Source of the DNA: Eledone cirrhosa
Taxonomy: Eukaryota
Assembly: GCA_964016885.1 (NCBI GenBank)
Contig: OZ024752.1
Coordinates: 4,836,001-4,900,000, forward strand
Length of the DNA stretch: 64,000 nt
Reading direction: 5' to 3'
The notes beneath the pieces are model-generated. The model searched no databases and was not told where the DNA came from. It was given only the letters and a program-made list of their open reading frames with translations. Both the position numbers and the translations under genes were made by a program. Positions 1 to 14,758 of the stretch are shown piece after piece; the first letter of the stretch is position 1, and every line of letters begins with the position of its first letter.

Positions 1-269
1 CACCACCCCTCCCTCCATAATACTTCAGATTGTAAATATTTGAATAAGCTTTATTTAATTCTTTTTGCAAATGAATGTGTGGAAGTTGGAGATGATGATG
101 ATGGTGATGATGGTGATGATGGTGTTAGTGGGAGGTGTGAGATGATTCTTGGGGTGATGGGGAGGTGATTAAGGGTGATGGGGTGGTGATACTGTAGTTG
201 TCTTGAAGTTGGACAAGGAGGTGGTGGTGGTGGTGGTTGTGGTGGTAGTGGACAAGATGATGGTGATGG

Positions 270-960
270 GTACAATGTTAGTAGTGGTGCTGGCGGTGAT
301 GGGGGAGGTGGTTGTAATGGTTGTGGTGGTGGTTACAGTGTTAGTAGTAGTAGTAGTGCTGGTGGTGATGGTGGTGGTGGTTACAGTGTTAGTAGTAGTA
401 GTAGTGCTGGTGGTGATGGGGGATGTGGTTGTAGTGGTAGTTACAGTGTTAGTAGTAGTAGTAGTGCTGGTGGTGATGGGGGAGGTGGTTGTGGTGGTGG
501 TTACAGTGTTAGTAGTAGTAGTAGTGCTGGTGGTGATGGGGGAGGTGGTTGTAGTGGTGGTTACAGTGTTAGTAGTAGTAGTAGTGCTGGTGGTGATGGG
601 GGAGGTGGTTGTGGTGGTGGTTACAGTGTTAGTAGTAGTAGTAGTGCTGGTGGTGATGGGGGAGGTGGTTGTGGTGGTGGTTACAGTGTTAGTAGTAGTA
701 GTAGTGCTGGTGGTGATGGGGGAGGTGGTTGTGGTGGTGGTTACAGTGTTAGTAGTAGTAGTAGTGCTGGTGGTGATGGGGGAGGTGGTTGTGGTGGTGG
801 TTACAGTGTTAGTAGTAGTGCTGGTGGTGATGGGGGAGGTGGTTGTGGTGGTGGTTACAGTGTTAGTAGTAGTGCTGGTGGTGATGGGGGATGTGGTTGT
901 AGTGGTAGTTACAGTGTTAGTAGTAGTGCTGGTGGTGATGGGGGAGGTGGTTGTGGTGGT
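270..960. repeat. GT-rich minisatellite, 60/54-bp unit
   Basis: Repeated ggttacagtgttagtagtagtagtagtgctggtggtgatgggggaggtggttgtggtggt. Confidence 0.95.
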
Positions 961-1230
961 GGGGGATATATATTTATGTTATTTTAATGATTTCTTCATG
1001 TTTGTTTGTTGTTAAGGTTTCTCTCTTAGTTACTGGTGTTGTTGTTGTTGTTTAGTTAAGGTTAGTCCTGATCAGTCAGACTTATGATGGAAGGGCTTTC
1101 ACCTATGTCCATCCCATATTTTTCTTATATTTAGGGAATCCAGAACCACATTATCCAATGTGTTCATTTATAACATGGTAGGGTATACGTTAATGGACAT
1201 TTTACTGCTATTTCTAGCAGCTAGTTAGTT

Positions 1231-1365
1231 CAGTTATGGGCAAACTATGCCCAGAGAGCCACATGTTCATTTGTATTTTTGAATGGCTTGCTTGAAAGTG
1301 CAGCCCGTCTTATGATGAACCACATCCTATCCGATCCACTGCTTAAAAAGGGTTGCCCATGCCTG
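1231..1365. mobile_element. Short hAT-like MITE relic
   Basis: Ends cagttatgggcaa / ttgcccatgcctg; degenerate TSD. Confidence 0.5.
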
Positions 1366-1486
1366 TGTTAGCTGATGTTGCTGCTGTTTTTGTTGTTGTT
1401 TAGTCCAAGGTCAGTTCATGATTAAGCAGACTTTATGATTGGAGCAAAGAGAAGGCCTTTACAGCTGTTACAATAAAACATCATTT

Positions 1487-2378
1487 ATTTATATATAGTC
1501 TATCTATGTATTTAGATATAGTGTATCTATATATTTATATATAGTCTATCTATGTATTTATATATAGTGTATCTATATATTTATATATAGTCTATCTATG
1601 TATTTATATATAGTGTATCTATATATTTATATATAGTCTATCTATGTATTTAAATATAGTGTATCTATGTATTTATATATAGTGTATCTATGTATTTAGA
1701 TATAGTGTATCTATGTATTTATATATAGTGTATCTATGTATTTATATATAGTCTATCTATGTATTTAGATATAGTGTATCTATGTATTTAGATATAGTGT
1801 ATCTATGTATTTATATATAGTCTATCTATGTATTTAGATATAGTGTATCTATGTATTTATATATAGTCTATCTATGTATTTATATATAGTGTATCTATGT
1901 ATTTAGATATAGTGTATCTATGTATTTATATATAGTGTATCTATGTATTTATATATAGTGTATCTATGTATTTATATATAGTGTATCTATGTATTTATAT
2001 ATAGTGTATCTATGTATTTAGATATAGTGTATCTATGTATTTATATATAGTGTATCTATGTATTTATATATAGTGTATCTATATATTTATATATAGTGTA
2101 TCTATGTATTTATATATAGTGTATCTATGTATTTAGATATAGTGTATCTATGTATTTATATATAGTGTATCTATGTATTTATATATAGTGTATCTATGTA
2201 TTTAGATATAGTGTATCTATGTATTTATATATAGTGTATCTATGTATTTATATATAGTGTATCTATATATTTATATATAGTCTATCTATGTATTTAGATA
2301 TAGTCTATCTATGTATTTATATATAGTTTATCTATGTATTTATATATAGTGTATCTATATATTTATATATAGTGTATT
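1487..2378. repeat. AT-rich minisatellite, 22-bp unit
   Basis: Repeated tatttatatatagtgtatctatg variants. Confidence 0.95.
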
Positions 2379-3549
2379 GATGACTATATTATCATATCTT
2401 TTTCCCTTTTTTCAAAAATGGTTTGGTGTGATTTATGGAGGATTTTCTTACAAACTGAGCAAGCACATATAAACATCATCACTGGTTTGCTTGTTGCTGT
2501 TTCATTTTTAGTTAGCATCCAACAGTTCTATTATGATAGGAAGGAGCTGAGCCAATGCCAGGGTTTCTATGTAGCTGTTTTATATGCTAGACATAACAGG
2601 CAAATGTTCTACAACTCACACCAAAGCACTGCTACCTGTAATGATGAAGAGAGGAGGACAGCTAAATACTGGGATTTTACCAACTGCTTCCTTTTTGTGC
2701 CAGTCATGGTCAAGACTTCTAGTGTCCTCAGTCCCCAGACCTCCACTTTTCTGCAAGATCAGATAGAGTACTTCCCACTTCAGGAAAAAAACCCATGAGG
2801 TTGAGTGGCTGATGTAGTGGGTATTGCTGGCTGTTCCTCATAGCTGTGCTTTCATCATTTTGTCTTAACCAGCACTTACCTCGAGGTATACAATGTCAAC
2901 ACTCATGGGACAGAGGATAATATTACCCCTAACAACATTTGAACACAGAATATTGTAAAATATATATTCTAACTCTCTACAGTTTCTCCCAAATTTCTGT
3001 TTTTTCATTAACTTATAACATTCTGTAAATGATTTAGCAGAAAATGTTTAAAAACTGGTCTGTTAATTCAAATGTTTATAGTTTATTAATGGACTGATGG
3101 CTATTAAAATTTTAGAAAAAATACCCCAGTATTTAATGTAATGCAGTCATAGTACTGTTTTATACTTTTCAAGAATATCTTGTTAATGTTGTTTGATGTG
3201 GCCTATTAATTCAAATGTTTATAGTATCTTTACTGGTGGACTGGTTATTGTAAAAAATTGGAGTATGGACTTAAAATCTCAAGGTGATCCAGTCATAATG
3301 CTGTTTTGTACTTTTCTAGAATGTCTAACCATTGTGGTTTCATGTGTTACAGAGTGGTTAAAAATGAATGTAACATTAAAATATACATTTCCCTCACTAC
3401 TGTAAAATTTTGCTTTTGATTCCAGTCTCCAAAGAAAACAGAAGTGTGCTCCTTACACCATATTTATCGTACTAGTGTCTCTGAGATGTCAGTAACAATC
3501 CTGGTTTTCTCCCCTTTCCTGATTTTCTGATCTCTTTCCCCCTCACCCA

Positions 3550-3730
3550 TCACCTGCTCCTTCAAAACTAATGTCTTATCTGATGAGCATGCCACATCAA
3601 TCAGCATACAAGTATCTGTGTTTGTTAGTCTTTGATGACAATGTTAGTGGGGGTTAAATCTTATCTCACTCCCTGTGTATCTATATATCCCAGGAAATAG
3701 CTTTATTATTATTTTCTAACACATTCAGTA
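3550..3730 (-). mobile_element. Decayed restriction-like-endonuclease (RLE) retrotransposon fragment
   Basis: Across frameshifts: VLENNNKAISWD...NIVIKD...CMLIDVACSSD...KEQ, resembling the WD..RPDIV..IDVA.P.D..KE motif. Confidence 0.55.
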
Positions 3731-3782
3731 AAATTCCAATAAAGAAAGGGCCCTCTTCGCTGGCCTGTGGTAAATATATCTA

Positions 3783-4370
3783 CAGTAACCCCCCCGCTAT
3801 ATCGCAGTTCACTTTTCGTGGTCCCGCTACATCGCAGATTTTTCTTTGGAATGTATCTAATTTCCTATCGAGGTAATCCTCGCTACATCGTGGATATTTC
3901 GTTAGAACATATCTATTTTCTTATCGCAGTACGCACGTCTGAATAAAAAGTGCTTAAAATTTAAACTTATTAACTTAAGGCTTTAACTATGAAAAAAATG
4001 TTTTTATTTTTCATTCCATTACTGTTTTACTGATGTGCTTTTCTCTAATCTACTACAAACCCTTCATAGATTGACAGGAGATGTGCAGTGTATTACCAAG
4101 GGCTAACGTGGCTGGTAATGGTCCTCATTGGTAACTAGTGCTACGATGGTTGGTGGTAGTTTCTATACGATCGTTACTAGCTGTTTTTGGTGTTAAAATA
4201 CAAAAGTGTGTTTTAATGAGTTTATATGTACTTAAAGCATGTAGGAGAGGTATTTTAAGGCTTTAAACTATGAAAACAACTGTTGTCTTTATGGTCTCTC
4301 TATATTGTGGATTTTCATTTATCGCGATTGATTCTGGAACATATCCCCCGCGATAAACGGGTGATTCCTG
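3783..4370. mobile_element. Tc1/mariner-pogo (Tigger-like) non-autonomous element
   Basis: TA flanks; TIRs cagtaacccccccgctatatcgc / gcgataaacgggtgattcctg. Confidence 0.7.
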
Positions 4371-5065
4371 TATTTAGTAATAATAAATACAAAGACCAAA
4401 ATCCAGAGAAGGCTGGATAAAGGTTGTATAAATATAAGTATATATAAACCTGTAGAGCAAATATATATATATATGTGTGTGTGTATCATCATCATCATCA
4501 TTTTACGTCCGCTCTTCCCTGCTTTGAAAAGGACGATTTGTAGGTCTTCATTACATTTATTGAGTAGTGATGTGCATTTCGCAATTGATCAGCTCAAGGT
4601 TTGATCTGTATTGATCTGGCCCGACTTTGGAATCAAAAGCTTGTCGGACTTCTGTTATGGTAATGACAGAATGAACCTCTATTAGGGCTTCGAAACAATA
4701 TATAAAGATTCATATAATCCCTAAATATATATATGTGTGTGTGTGGGGGGGGGGGTATGTATGTGTTTGTGTGTGGTTTGTGTGTGGTGTGTATGTATGT
4801 GTGTGTGTGTTTGTGTATGTATGTGTGTGTGTTTGTGCGTGGTGTGTATGTATGTATGTGTGTGTGTTTGTGTGTGGTGTGTATGTATGTGTGGTGTGTA
4901 TGTATGTGTGTGTGTATGTGTGTGGTGTGTATGTATGTGTGTGTGTATGTGTGTGGTGTGTATGTATGTGTGTGTGGTGTGTATGTGTACCCATTTATCT
5001 TGTCTGCAGGTATTGTAACAGAGAGATAGAACCATCTACTCATCCTCATGTTTGTAAGTATAGGG

Positions 5066-5391
5066 CAGGCTAGGGCACCCTTTTCCTTATGATGAGCCAC
5101 ATAAGGTGGGCTGCACTACTAAAAACTAGGAGGGTCATGCAGACTAGAGGGTCATGCACACTAGAGGGTCATTCAGACTAGAGGGTCATGCAGACTAGAA
5201 GGTCATTCAGACTAGAAAGTCATTCAGACTAGAGGGTCATGCACACTAGAGGGTCATGCACACTAGAGGGTCATGCACACTAGAGGGTCATGCAGACTAG
5301 AGGGTCATGCAGACTAGAGGGTCATTCAGACTAGAGGGTCATTCAGCCTAGAGGGTCATGCAGCTCACAAGCCACAGTTTGCCCACAACTG
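5066..5391. mobile_element. hAT-type MITE containing a 17-bp tandem array (actagagggtcatgcag)
   Basis: Ends caggctagggca / tgcccacaactg; 8-bp TSD gtataggg/gtatagga. Confidence 0.65.
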
Positions 5392-6748
5392 GTATAGGAC
5401 AAAATAATGTTGGTGGCCAGCAAATGAACTAAGTGTAAGAACTACCTATTCTTTGGATAAGTTGCATTTTCAATTATTAACCTGTTCTTCAAATTATCGC
5501 TGTAGTATTATAGTTACTATGGTAACTACTAACACACAAAGAAGACACTTATCCCTTTAGCATTTAAACCAGCTGTATCTCGTAAGAATTCTCTCACCCC
5601 TTTCTCTTCAAACTGGCTGTAACCAGCCATTCATACTGATGTTGAGGTATTGTTCTCAAAATAAGTAATATCAAAATCTCATAGATTCAATATTATGTGA
5701 GATGATTATGTAAGATAAAGCCTTTACTGTGAAAATATAATAGTATATATTGAATAATGTAAATACTACAGGGTTAAAGTGCTCTAATAGTTTCTTTCCA
5801 GCCATTAAAGCTCTTGTTGTTCCCCCATTAGAGCAACAGTTGTAGTAAATGCTTAGTTGTTTATAACAATAGACGGAGAGTATTCAGTTATGGGTTTTTA
5901 TTCAAGAAAATGATCAACTAAAATAGAACAAATTTTTTGCAAGGATTTCTCAAAATGCCTCAGTTTTCTCTGAAACTTCTTGCCAATCATTTGTGCTATA
6001 ACTTTCATTGAAATAGTTGTAAAGCAGACATGTTGTTATTATTATTATTTTTATTATTATTTTATCTTCATCCAGCTACATATCACCAGTTCAATTGGGA
6101 ATAGAATAGTCAAACTGCTCCCTTAGATAATGCTACTATTTGAAATGTCAATAAATTAAAGAAAATTTGATATGTGTATTCAAGAATTTCTAATAATGAA
6201 GTGTTTATCCTATAATCTCAGTTCCATGTTTATTTTTCTCTCTCCACCCGACCCCTACCCTCTTGTACCACCTCAGTCACTTGACATTTTCCCACCCCCT
6301 TTACCATCAAATATCCTTTTATAATGTTATGATGGTGGAGAAAGTGTTGATTTCTAGGGGTTAGTGTGCCTATTATAAATCATTCCACCAGCACCCACTT
6401 ATTTCTCTTACACCCGCCTCACCCCACCCCACGCTACACAGTTCTCACACACCCCAATTTATTTTTTAATAGTTACCATGCGACATTGGGTTTTTTGTAA
6501 ATATTTGGACTTTGAAATTAAAGTCATCTTCCAACTCCGATGTTTGTGACCAATTGTTTTGTTATCCTTACATCTGTCATATTAGCGGAAAATACCCACA
6601 CGTGTGTCTGTGTATGTATAAGTGAGTGTGTTTTTATATTCACACATACAGATAGATATACATATGTATATTGATATATATATACATGCTTGGATGAATA
6701 TATATATCATATATATGTGTGTGTGTATCTATATCAAGCTATCTATTC

Positions 6749-6835
<87 letters not shown>

Positions 6836-7786
6836 CATACACATATATTCTAACATATACAGACATTAAATGAGGATAATGTTCACATATATATATTTAC
6901 ATATATATATGAGTATAAATATATATATATTTGTAATTTTGCACATACACACACATATAGTTATAAACTTATACAGGTTTGTATTAATGACCACACATAA
7001 ACTTACAAGTCTATTTCACTGAAAAGGAAAGTTTATTTTTCTATTTAACCGTCTATGTACACAATAACATCTTTAAAAGTAAATATGAAGTAGGGTGTAT
7101 TTAATAAAATATGTGTGTGTTATGCTACTCTCCACACAGACACACACATATATATATGTATATAAAAAGCACCCAGTACTCACTGTAAATGAAGTTGGTG
7201 TTAGGAAGGGAATCCAGCTGTAGTAACCAAGCCAAAATCAGTTCTGTATGAGCAAGACATGGTCACCTAACCTAGCATTGCCCACAACAGGACAACCCGT
7301 TTAACCCATGCTCGTGTGGAAAAATTGACATTAAACGGTGATGATGATGATGAGGATGATAAAAGGGGTCATAATTGCTGCAGATATTTATATAGAAACT
7401 ACATAATATGGTGGTTGCAGTCTGATGATATGTCATCCCCATACCAGTAATTGGTGTAAGTTGATGGTTGTTTAACCAGGAGGGTTGTGACATGATTAGA
7501 GAGACATGTGTGAGGTCATGTTGCTTGTGTTTGGTGACTGAGGTTGAATGTAGGGGGGTTATGAAGTGTTTGCTAACATTTGTGTATGGGTTTGATCTGG
7601 ATATATTTACATACAAGTGAAGGTAATTGATGGTCACAGGTACACACACAGGTACACAGGTACACACACAGGTACACACACAGGTACACACAGGTACACA
7701 TGAAGTATTGACAGGTGTAAGAATGACTAAGTAACATAGCAGGGGTTATTAATGTATATTTATTAGACATTAGATTTTTTATCATG

Positions 7787-8652
7787 ATTGTATGGCCATT
7801 GCTTCCTTCCTAAGACCATATTGTATGGCCATTGCTTTATTCCTGAGACCATATTGTATGGTCATTGCTTCCTTCCTAAGACCATATTGTATGGTCATTG
7901 CTTTATTCCTGAGACCATATTGTATGGTCATTGCTTCCTTCCTAAGACCATATTGTATGGTCATTGCTTTATTCCTGAGACCATATTGTATGGTCATTGC
8001 TTCCTTCCTAAGACCATATTGTATGGTCATTGCTTTATTCCTGAGACCATATTGTATAGCCATTGCTTCCTTCCTGAGACCATATTGTATGGCCATTGCT
8101 TCCTTCCTGAGACCATATTGTATGGCCATTACTTCCTTCCTGAGACCATATTGTATGGCCATTGCTTCCTTCCTAAGACCATATTGTATGGCCATTGCTT
8201 TATTCCTGAGACCATATTGTATGGTCATTGCTTCCTCCCTGAGACCATATTGTATGGTCATTGGTTCCTTCCTGAGACCATATTGTATGGCCATTGGTTC
8301 CTTCCTGAGACCATATTGTATGGCCATTGCTTCCTTCCTGAGACCATATTGTATGGCCATTGGTTCCTTCCTGAGACCATATTGTATGGCCATTGGTTCC
8401 TTCCTGAGACCATATTGTATGGCCATTGGTTCCTTCCTGAGACCATATTGTATGGCCATTGCTTCCTTCCTGAGACCATATTGTATGGCCATTGCTTCCT
8501 TCCTGAGACCATATTGTATGGCCATTGGTTCCTTCCTGAGACCATATTGTATGGCCATTGCTTCCTTCCTGAGACCATATTGTATGGTCATTGCTTCCTT
8601 CCTGAGACCATATTGTATGGTCATTGCTTCCTTCCTGAGACCATATTGTATG
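7787..8652. repeat. 33-bp minisatellite, about 26 copies
   Basis: attgtatggccattgcttccttcctgagaccat. Confidence 0.95.
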
Positions 8653-8798
8653 TTGTGGCCATTGACTAATATACTCTAATTAGTGTTCCTCCAGTAGAGT
8701 ATATTAGAAATAGCTGAGATCTACTTGGACCTTCTTCCAGACCATGCCAACATGGAAAATGACTATAGAACTGATTTAAAAAAATATATTCAATTGAA

Positions 8799-8830
<32 letters not shown>

Positions 8831-9494
8831 TAAAATAACAGATTAAAGTTTAAGCAAAGAATCGCTGCCTTCACCCTTAACGGGATCTTCTGAAACTAAA
8901 AAAATCAATCTGTGAACGCAGAAGTAAATATTTCGAAAAACGTTGCAACTGACGGAAAACAGGTAGATGATACTTTGGTTCGGGAAGGCGTTCCCTGGCA
9001 ATGAACGGAAGAAAGCGAACATAATATGTCGTTATGTGGAGCGGTGAGAACAATTACATGCAAAGACAAAACCACATTTATGGTATAATAGTCTTCAAAA
9101 TTATTATTATTACTATATATATATAACAAAGAAAGTGTGATAAGAAACCAGGTGGACCATTATGCACCAGAGTACTCAATACTTAGGGTAGTAGAGCGGG
9201 TAATAGGAAAATAGTCAGGACCCTGACGGCTGACTTCCGGCCGTTTCGACAGCTAGATCCGAAACGGATCTAGCTGTCGAAGCAGTCGGGGCTCAAACAT
9301 CCGTCCTGACTCTTTTCCTATATAAATATATATATGTATATATATATAAGCATAAGGGCACCCAGAAGTCATGACCTGGATGTGGCCTGGCCCTCTTAGA
9401 GTATGAGAAGTTAAGGACCAAAACAGTCGCTTGAGGGACATTTCTTCAGAAGACCTTCTGAGAGTTTCTTACTGCTATATATATATACATATTC

Positions 9495-9529
<35 letters not shown>

Positions 9530-9551
9530 TTTCATTAAATTAATTATGCTT

Positions 9552-9740
9552 AGGGCGGTGGATTGGCAGTATCGGTAGAGGGTCGGACGCCATGCTTTCT
9601 AGCATAGTTACGTCCCTTTACAGTCTGAGTTAAAATCCCGCCAAGGTTAACTTTGCCTTTCATCCTTACGGGGTCGATAAAATAAAGTACCAGTAATGTA
9701 CTGGGTAATTGCTGGCCTTGTGCCTAAAGTAGAAACAATT
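9552..9740 (+). mobile_element. tRNA-derived SINE family A, full-length (about 190 bp)
   Basis: A-box-like tggcagtatcggtag, B-box-like gagttaaaatcc (gagttcaaatcc in other copies), body ctttgcctttcatccttacggggtcgataaaataaagtaccag, AT tail; at least 10 copies in the window. Confidence 0.85.
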
Positions 9741-11430
9741 AAATTAATTATGCTTACAAGACTATTTCTCTTCTGAGTCAATTTGACTCTGAAATACCTT
9801 AAAAAGGAAATAGACTTAGTTTTGTAAGAGACAGCAATTTGATAAATAAATATATCCACTTCATTCCAGGTATTCAGTACCTTTCGTTTATTATTTCTTT
9901 CCATAGGCAACAGGAATGTTAACAATATTTTTTGTGTGTCTGTGTACATATACATTTTATAGCACTAGCGTTGTACAAAGGAGAAAAATAAGTTCTTAAT
10001 ACACTTTGTTCATGTGTATGTTTATATGTATATATATCTGTATGTGATTGTGTGTGTGTTAATGTATATATCATCATTGTAAATGTATGTGTATATATAT
10101 AAATACATGCACATACATACACATATGTATATATACACACATATATATCATGTGTGTGAGTATGTTGGTGTCTATAAAATATATGTATATAAAATATATA
10201 TAAAGAAAAGCTTTTTTCAATAATTCAATGGATGTTATATAAACATAATTATTTATAAACCGCTGCTATTTATTCAGCTTTTCCTACATGTCTAAACGTC
10301 CTATTCCCTAAACATAAGATACATTTGCTGTAGTTTACTATCAGCAACGAAGACAGAAGTAGAAGCTGAAGGGTGCTTCTGTGTTTGAGAAGCATATTTG
10401 ATAGGAACACCATGAGGTCATTCATTTGGGCGGTCTCATCTGAATGTGAGGCCCGGGGTGGGGGGATCAGATCATGAATATTGTAAGGTCCAGATGTGAA
10501 TTTGTGGTGAAGACTTGGTGTGTGTTTGTATGTGAGGTAGAGTAGTAAAGGCAGTTGGGAAGCTGTTTGCGGCTGTTGAGTTTTTTTTTCTTTCTATTAT
10601 ATATATATATATACACAAGGTGTCCCCCAAAAATGCATACATACTTCAACAGCATCCTAATCAAAGTATGTATACATTTTGGGGGGGGGGGGGACACACC
10701 CTGTATACATATCTTTTTTCTTGGAGCCTGATGTCTACTGCTACCACCTCTATCACCTACATAACCATCTCCATTCCCCCTCCCCATGAGATACACAAAT
10801 AGTATCACCACTTCCACTGCTACCAACACCATCACCACCATCAATGCTACCAAACCTCCACCATCAACACCAATACCACCAAAACCATCCTCACCACCAA
10901 CACCATCACCACCACTTCCAACTTCAATTCCACCAATGCCTCCACCATCATCCTCACCACCGTCACCATCATCATCCCCCACCGCCATCATCATCCCCAC
11001 CACCACCACCATCCATATCACCATCTACAAGAACAACATGTGATAATATAAGAGGTTGCATATCAACAAATCAAACAGATGGGGTTGCTACTGCTTTGGT
11101 GAGGATGATGGTTGTGGTAGTGGTGACAGCAGGGACTACAAGGGTGGGGGGCGGGTGTTATCTAACCCACAGGCAATCTATGTGTGGCTGGGTAGCCGGG
11201 TGAGATTTGGTTGGAGTTGTAGAAGCCATACAAGATATAATACAAAAAAAAAAACTTAATATAAACTTGAATTGTCAGAAGATCAATTTCTCAGCTAAGT
11301 TACTTTTACTGAAGGTCTTATGGCTTATTACATATAAATTGGTCGGTGGTACCTATATACCTATGTGTAGTAGTAGTAGCAGTAATAGTGTTAATAGTGG
11401 CAGTAATAGTGTTAATAGTGGTAGTAGTAA

Positions 11431-11479
<49 letters not shown>

Positions 11480-12206
11480 GTGTAGTCTTATGTTTGTATA
11501 TTTTCTGTTTGTTTACATATATGCGTGTGTATTTGTGTGAAATGAATGCAGTTTACTTTTTCACATTATTAATGTCGTCATTATTTTTAGTAGTAGCGGT
11601 GGTAGTAGTAGTATTAGTAGTACTAATAGTAGCAGTAGCAACTGTAACACATGTTTATAGATACAACAGCAGGTTTTCATTAGTCAGAAAATTAGCAAAA
11701 AAATCAGTCTACCTAGTTTGAAAATATTGGTGCCACTATCTCCTGGTCAGGGTAGACGAAGAAATTCAGCTCTATAAACCCACACAGAAAAATGCACACA
11801 CATACAAATATACACATTTAATATATATATATCATCATCATCGATTGATTAATGTCTATCTGCCACACTAGCATGGGTTAGACGGGTTTGTCCCATTTAT
11901 AGGCAAGTTGGGTCGTTGGGTGACCATGTCTCGCTCATATAGGACTATTTCTGGCTGGTTTTCTATGGCTGGATGCCATTCCTTATGCCAACCACATAGA
12001 AGTGTGTGCTGGATGCTTTTTGCCGTGTCTTTTACACGTCGACTTTACAGTGTGGGCTGGATGTTTTGTGGTACCAGCATAATATATATATATATATATA
12101 CATGCACATATCATTATAATTATATGCACATATATATATATTTGTGTGCATATACATATAATATATATATGTAATATACATACACACATCATACATCACA
12201 CATATA

Positions 12207-12241
<35 letters not shown>

Positions 12242-12243
12242 GC

Positions 12244-12282
<39 letters not shown>

Positions 12283-12321
12283 CATATATATATATATACA
12301 CACATATATATATATATATAT

Positions 12322-12370
<49 letters not shown>

Positions 12371-12628
12371 TATATATATACATATATATGTTACGACAAA
12401 AAAACACACAGTCCACGCTGTAATGTGGCCGTGTAGGTAACACGGTAAAAACCTCCCAGCCCCACACTGTAAACGTGGTTGGTGTTAGGAAGGGCATCCA
12501 GCCATAGAAAACCTGCCAGACAGTCCTATACGAGCAAGACAATCACTCTTGCCTCAAGTGGGACTACCCCCGTCCAAACCCATGCAAGCGTGGAAGATGG
12601 ACGTTAAACGATGATGATGACGATGATG

Positions 12629-12698
<70 letters not shown>

Positions 12699-14758
12699 GT
12701 ATATATATATATATATATATATTCATACACACATACATACAGAGATACATTATTCATGAATGGAGACACATACAACTGTACAGGCATACATGTGCTAATG
12801 TACATGCACACCCACATGTGCACACCCACATGTGCACACACTAGCATATGAATTCCCATATACACACAATTAATTGTTTAAACCTGAACTATCTTAAACA
12901 TAATAGACAGCAGAGAAACAGAAAATGTGGTTATGATGTTGATTTTGTTGGGGCTCACTGCTCTCTGGGGCCAAATCTTTCCAAGATCTTCCTTGTTTTT
13001 TATCCTTTCGGAGTCAATTGGTGGAATGACAGAGTTTCAGATGAGATGCCTTGTGGTAATTGTTCCGCTATTTGTTTTCAGTTAAAACACTGTTATAGTG
13101 TATTTGGATTGAAGACTTAAACTAATGCCTGGTTTAATACCGGCACCTGACCCTTTGTTGCCTTTGTATCCCAGATCTTCAGTTTTAGTATACTTCACTC
13201 CTCAAAGTACACCTTGCCTTTCTCATGTTTCATACTCTCTAAAATCTATCTTGAGTACAGCTCTTTCCTTCCTGACTAAACAAGACATAAATAATATAAA
13301 ACAAGATAAAAGAAAAGGAAAGAAGTTTTTATAGCGCCTACAATATTGATGGGGGATGGAAGAAGGTTAAATGCCTGCAAACTAAAGTGGCACTCTCTTG
13401 TATCAGCTTGTTTTATCTTACAAGTTCAATAAAATAAGTACCAGTCCATTACTGGGGCCTATTCTTCCTTTGTATCTCTTTCTCACTTCCATTCTCCCAC
13501 CCTGTATATACCCTGTTCTACAGATTAGTACTTAAACATTGTAGTCCTGGTCTGAAGTTGATAGAATGTCTTTTAGGTGGTGGGAGGGGCTTACAATGAT
13601 AAACTGAGCATTTCATGATTTCATTCTGACTAACACAGTTAATACCTGTTATGTATCCAGGAATAGTTGTATTTAACTTAACTATTTGGTGAAATTCTGA
13701 TGAAATACTATTTTGAAAGATATGGATGAAAAGTGCTAGGGATTTGAGGTTAACCTTTTAGCGTTTACATTGCTCAGTCAAATGTCATGTTTATCTATTT
13801 ACATTATTTTGAGTTAATCATACTCAAGAGGATTATCAACTATATTAGTTTGTAATTTTCTTAATTTTCCATGTGCAGACTTGAAATTTTGTCAGATGTT
13901 TAATGCACTTTTAAATGTATCATCATCAGCAGCATCGTTGACACTTTGGTGGGACAGTATTTTATGGACACATGGCCTTCTTGATACCAATCTTTATAAT
14001 CATCTCATACAGCAAACAGGGATATGGTGTTCCTATCTTTAAAATTGAGATACACATAGATGCCTGTTTAGTCACTATAGACAAATAAATACAATATTAA
14101 CTCACAACACTTGATAATAATCAGTTATATAAATAATAGTTTCCTGAATAGGTAGATAACTTCAAATTTATAGATGTATATAAATGATTAAATCAACTCC
14201 AGTATGGTACACACTAGGTTATTCTCTCATTTTTTAAATTCCCTTTGTGCAGAGTTTACTTTCAGTTACTTTGACTTGTCTAAGATTGTCAGACTTGCCA
14301 ACCACCCAAACAGGGAGTACCATGAAAAGAAGTGTCCCAAAACAGGAAGAAATGAGGCAAAATGGAGAGAATTTACATAATGAAAGCTATACACATTTTC
14401 ATAGGAGAAGACATCTCTCACCCAAAATGGGTGGGAGATCTCCCCGTCAGACAGGGAAAGTTGAGATGTCTGCATTGTGCTCCTATTGATGTGAAATTGT
14501 GTATGACATTGGAGACCAATCAATCACCATTATTTTGTTCAAAAATCCCGCTGAGGTTAACTTTGCCTTTCATCCTTACGGGGTCAATAAAATAAAGTAC
14601 CAGTAATACACTGGGTAATTGCTGGCCTTGTGCCAAAAGTAGAAACAATTATTTTGTTCCCAAAGGTTCTGTTTTCTTATCAGAAAAAAAAACAGTGATA
14701 GAAAGTGGGATGTGAACTCCAAATACAAAGAACAATGGTGGATACCACAAAAAACTCT

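Noticed and set aside
203-1015. 270-aa Val-rich ORF
   Set aside because: Translation of a GT-rich minisatellite.
7782-8679. 280-295 aa repeat ORFs on both strands; CRISPR-like periodicity
   Set aside because: 33-bp head-to-tail minisatellite without unique spacers; no cas genes; eukaryotic intron.
14230-14520. Possible piggyBac transposase C-terminal relic (RCLHC..VKLC)
   Set aside because: Too short and degenerate to support without a database search.
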